A stretch of DNA of 36,413 nt, taken from contig CAXHJY010001053.1 of the NCBI GenBank assembly GCA_964016885.1, positions 1 to 36,413 of the forward strand, written 5' to 3'. Source of the stretch: Eledone cirrhosa (lineage: Eukaryota). The translations under genes were made by a program, and so were the position numbers. The notes below the pieces were generated by a model that worked only from the letters and a program-made list of their open reading frames with translations, had not been told where the DNA came from and made no database searches. Positions 33,981 to 36,413 of the stretch are shown here, in pieces; positions within the stretch are counted from its first letter, which is position 1, and the number at the start of each line of letters is the position of its first letter.

Positions 33981-34621
33981 AAATGCAGGTAGGATCTATA
34001 AAGTTGGTTGATAGCTTCCAATATCTAGGTGATCAGATTAGCAAGAGAGGGGCATGCTCCAAGGCCATAGCATCTAGAATAAGGACAGGATGGAAGAAGT
34101 TTAGGGAGCTGCTTCTTCTGTTGACAACTAAGGGTTTCTCTCTATGAATGAAAGGTCGGTTGTATGATGCCTGTGTGAGATGCGTGATGCTGCATGGTAG
34201 TGAGACATGGGCAGCAACTGTGGATTTGCGAAAGCTGGAGAGAAATGAAGCTAGCATGATCTGATGGATGTGCAGTGTCAATGTGCATGAACGACCAAGC
34301 ATTGACGAGTTGAGAATGAAACTGTGAATCAGAAGAATAAACTGCATTGTGCAGGAGAGAAGACTGCATTGGTATGGCCATGTGATGCACATGGAAGATG
34401 ACCGCTGGGTAAAGAAGTGCCTAGAAATCCCAGTGGAAGGGAGATGCAGTAGAAGACCATGAAAAACATGATTAGAGGTGGTGAGAGTTGACCTCAGATC
34501 GCTCAAGCTCACAGAGGAAATGATGAAGGACTGTGACAAATGGAGAGATGCTGTGCTGAAGAGGACCTGTCCCACACTTGCAAGCAAGGAAAAGCGGACA
34601 TATGATGATGATGATGATGAT
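33981..34621 (+). mobile_element. RTE subfamily A, 5'-truncated, decayed
   Basis: Reverse-complement homolog of 1471-2102 with in-frame stops. Ends GCAAGCAAGGAAAAGCGGACATA(TGA)n then (TA)n. Confidence 0.92.
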
Positions 34622-34904
34622 ATATATATATATATATAAAATTATAAATGTGAGGAAATAATAGACAAAATATATTAATTTTTTCCTTCAAAGTCTTGAC
34701 TGCAATTTCACCAACTGGTCTGCAGCAATTGTGTAAACTGAATAGATATTCAACCTTTTTTAGTCATATATTATTCTCTTATGAGCAGGACACATAAATG
34801 AGTGTAAAATAATAAACAACTTGTATAATCATATTGAGGTTAATATTTTTAATCTCATTTTCTGTATATGTATATATTTATATCCTAGAGAAACATATCA
34901 CTTT

Positions 34905-35765
34905 TATTTTTGAAAATATGTCTGGAGTGTGAATAGACCATTTTGAAGCTGCTGAAATTGTCTGTTCCTTACATATTTTCCAATGGAGATAAATATCCTT
35001 CATCATATCTCTTAATGCATTCTGAAATGGTTAGCATAGTGTATCCAATCATAATGTGATGGATATCCTTATCAAACTACACAATTAGTATTCAGCAGTG
35101 TCTATTTGGGAGTCACTGATTCTGAGACAGCAATTTATCAGATCCTCAGTTTCTCACTTTTTCATTGAGAGTCTTGGATCCAGATGTAACTTCCTTTATT
35201 GCAATTGGGTATCTTTAGTAGTTTAAGGATTATCTTTCAAGAGATTTCAATCCCTTTTTTGCGTTAATTTTCTCAGCTTCATTCCTTTATTTATAGTATT
35301 TTTATTGTACATTCATTATATCTGTACATTCATTTGTATAAATAACTAATACTATGTCTGATTTTTTTTGATTTTTTTATTGTAGTTATAGTGGCTATAT
35401 GCTTGCTGTGTATTGAATGCAGCATTGTAGGTTTATCATGTCTTGAAACTAATAGTGTATTTTGATTTCTTTTGAAGGCAAGTGTCTAGTTCTACTACTG
35501 AAGTTTGATAGGTCATCTCTAGTTGCACAAAACCATTTTCTCTATTCTGTCAAATTGAAGCCTACCAAAACTTGGATAAAGTAGTCAGAATTTCTTGTTT
35601 GTTTGTTTGAAATTTGAATATCTAGCCAATTCATTTTCATTACATTGGAGGATGCTTTTAACTGTTTCCATCACTTCATTTGAATTAAATTCAATCTTTA
35701 AGTGTGAACTTTTTATTTTGGAATATTGTATTGGTTGCCTTAATTGATCCCCAGATATTTATAAT
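34905..35765 (-). mobile_element. Highly decayed R4/Dong-like LINE fragment
   Basis: Minus-strand pieces YKYLGIN, GFVQLEMTYQTSVVELDTCL, SETEDLI, IHHIMIG..L...C.KRYD and LHWKICK......KWSIHTPD occur in the expected order. Confidence 0.55.
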
Positions 35766-35812
35766 TCTTTTTCTTTCCATTTATTTTATCATATGTCTGA
35801 TGTGATTATCAG

Positions 35813-36026
35813 TGTTGTTGCTGTTCTAAATAAGAGCCCTGATCCAGTAGGCCCTTCTTAAAGATGTTGCAGCTATGACCATCCCATTTATTTCTAGGCA
35901 TAATGTATTTAGGATTATATTACACAATGTGTCCTTTCTTTCATTTATTTAGAGTCAATAGGGTATGATTTAAATGAGATTTGGATGTTATTTCTAGTAG
36001 GTCAAACAGCTACATGAGACTCTCTT
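35813..36026 (-). mobile_element. Family 3 interspersed repeat
   Basis: TGTTGTTG...CAGCTATGACCATCCC...ACAATGTGTCCTTTC...GGGTATGATTTAAATGAGATTTGG..TTATTTCTAG. Confidence 0.65.
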
Positions 36027-36224
36027 GTCTGTGTTTACTGATGAGATCAGATTTTCTCTTACTGAAGGTAGCCATGGTCCATTTCTTTATTCCCAAATCC
36101 ATATTATAATTAGAGGTACAAAGTTTTGCTATTTCAAAACTGAATTAGTAAAGTTTCCTGCCAACTATATAAAGTCTTGCTGATACTAAACTTGTGGCCA
36201 CTTTTCTATAGAATATAAGTCTGA

Positions 36225-36413
36225 ACTGCGAGACCAGCCAAACTCATGGATGTTATCCAACAATCTTGCTCAAGGTCTACCCTGGGTCTCTTGCCAGTTG
36301 GTTTTGCTCATAAAATCTGTTCAGTGATTCTTTCCTGAAATATTCTAACCACATCACCATAATATTAGAGATGTGATCTCTCAATTCAGAGAAGTAGTGG
36401 CTCTACCTGGAGC
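36225..36413 (-). mobile_element. Expander/Rex3-like RTE fragment running off the window end
   Basis: Collinear with 15870-16040 (GACCAGCCAA..CATGGATGTTATCCAAC...GATCTCTCAATTC..AGTAGTGGCTCTACCTGGAG). Confidence 0.85.

Overview
AT-rich, microsatellite-dense animal genomic DNA with no host-gene exon I can support. The repeat content (RTE LINEs with (TGA)n tails, tRNA-headed SINEs, long (TA)n/(TAA)n tracts) looks like octopod cephalopod DNA; that is an inference from remembered repeat sequences, not a database result. The window is a retroelement graveyard. It holds two young RTE subfamilies, older RTE/Expander-like copies (one with an inverted 5' half), decayed R4/Dong-like and CRE-like LINE ends, at least three SINE-like families, a TTAA-flanked piggyBac-type MITE and a decayed 28S rRNA fragment. 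The least explained signal is a set of short (TA)n-bounded fold-back modules with hammerhead-like three-way junctions (2127-2332, 22559-23200). Also notable are a PHD-type zinc finger inside the RTE ORF and what look like very long microsatellite target-site duplications. Most ORFs in the supplied track are microsatellite or antisense-LINE artefacts.
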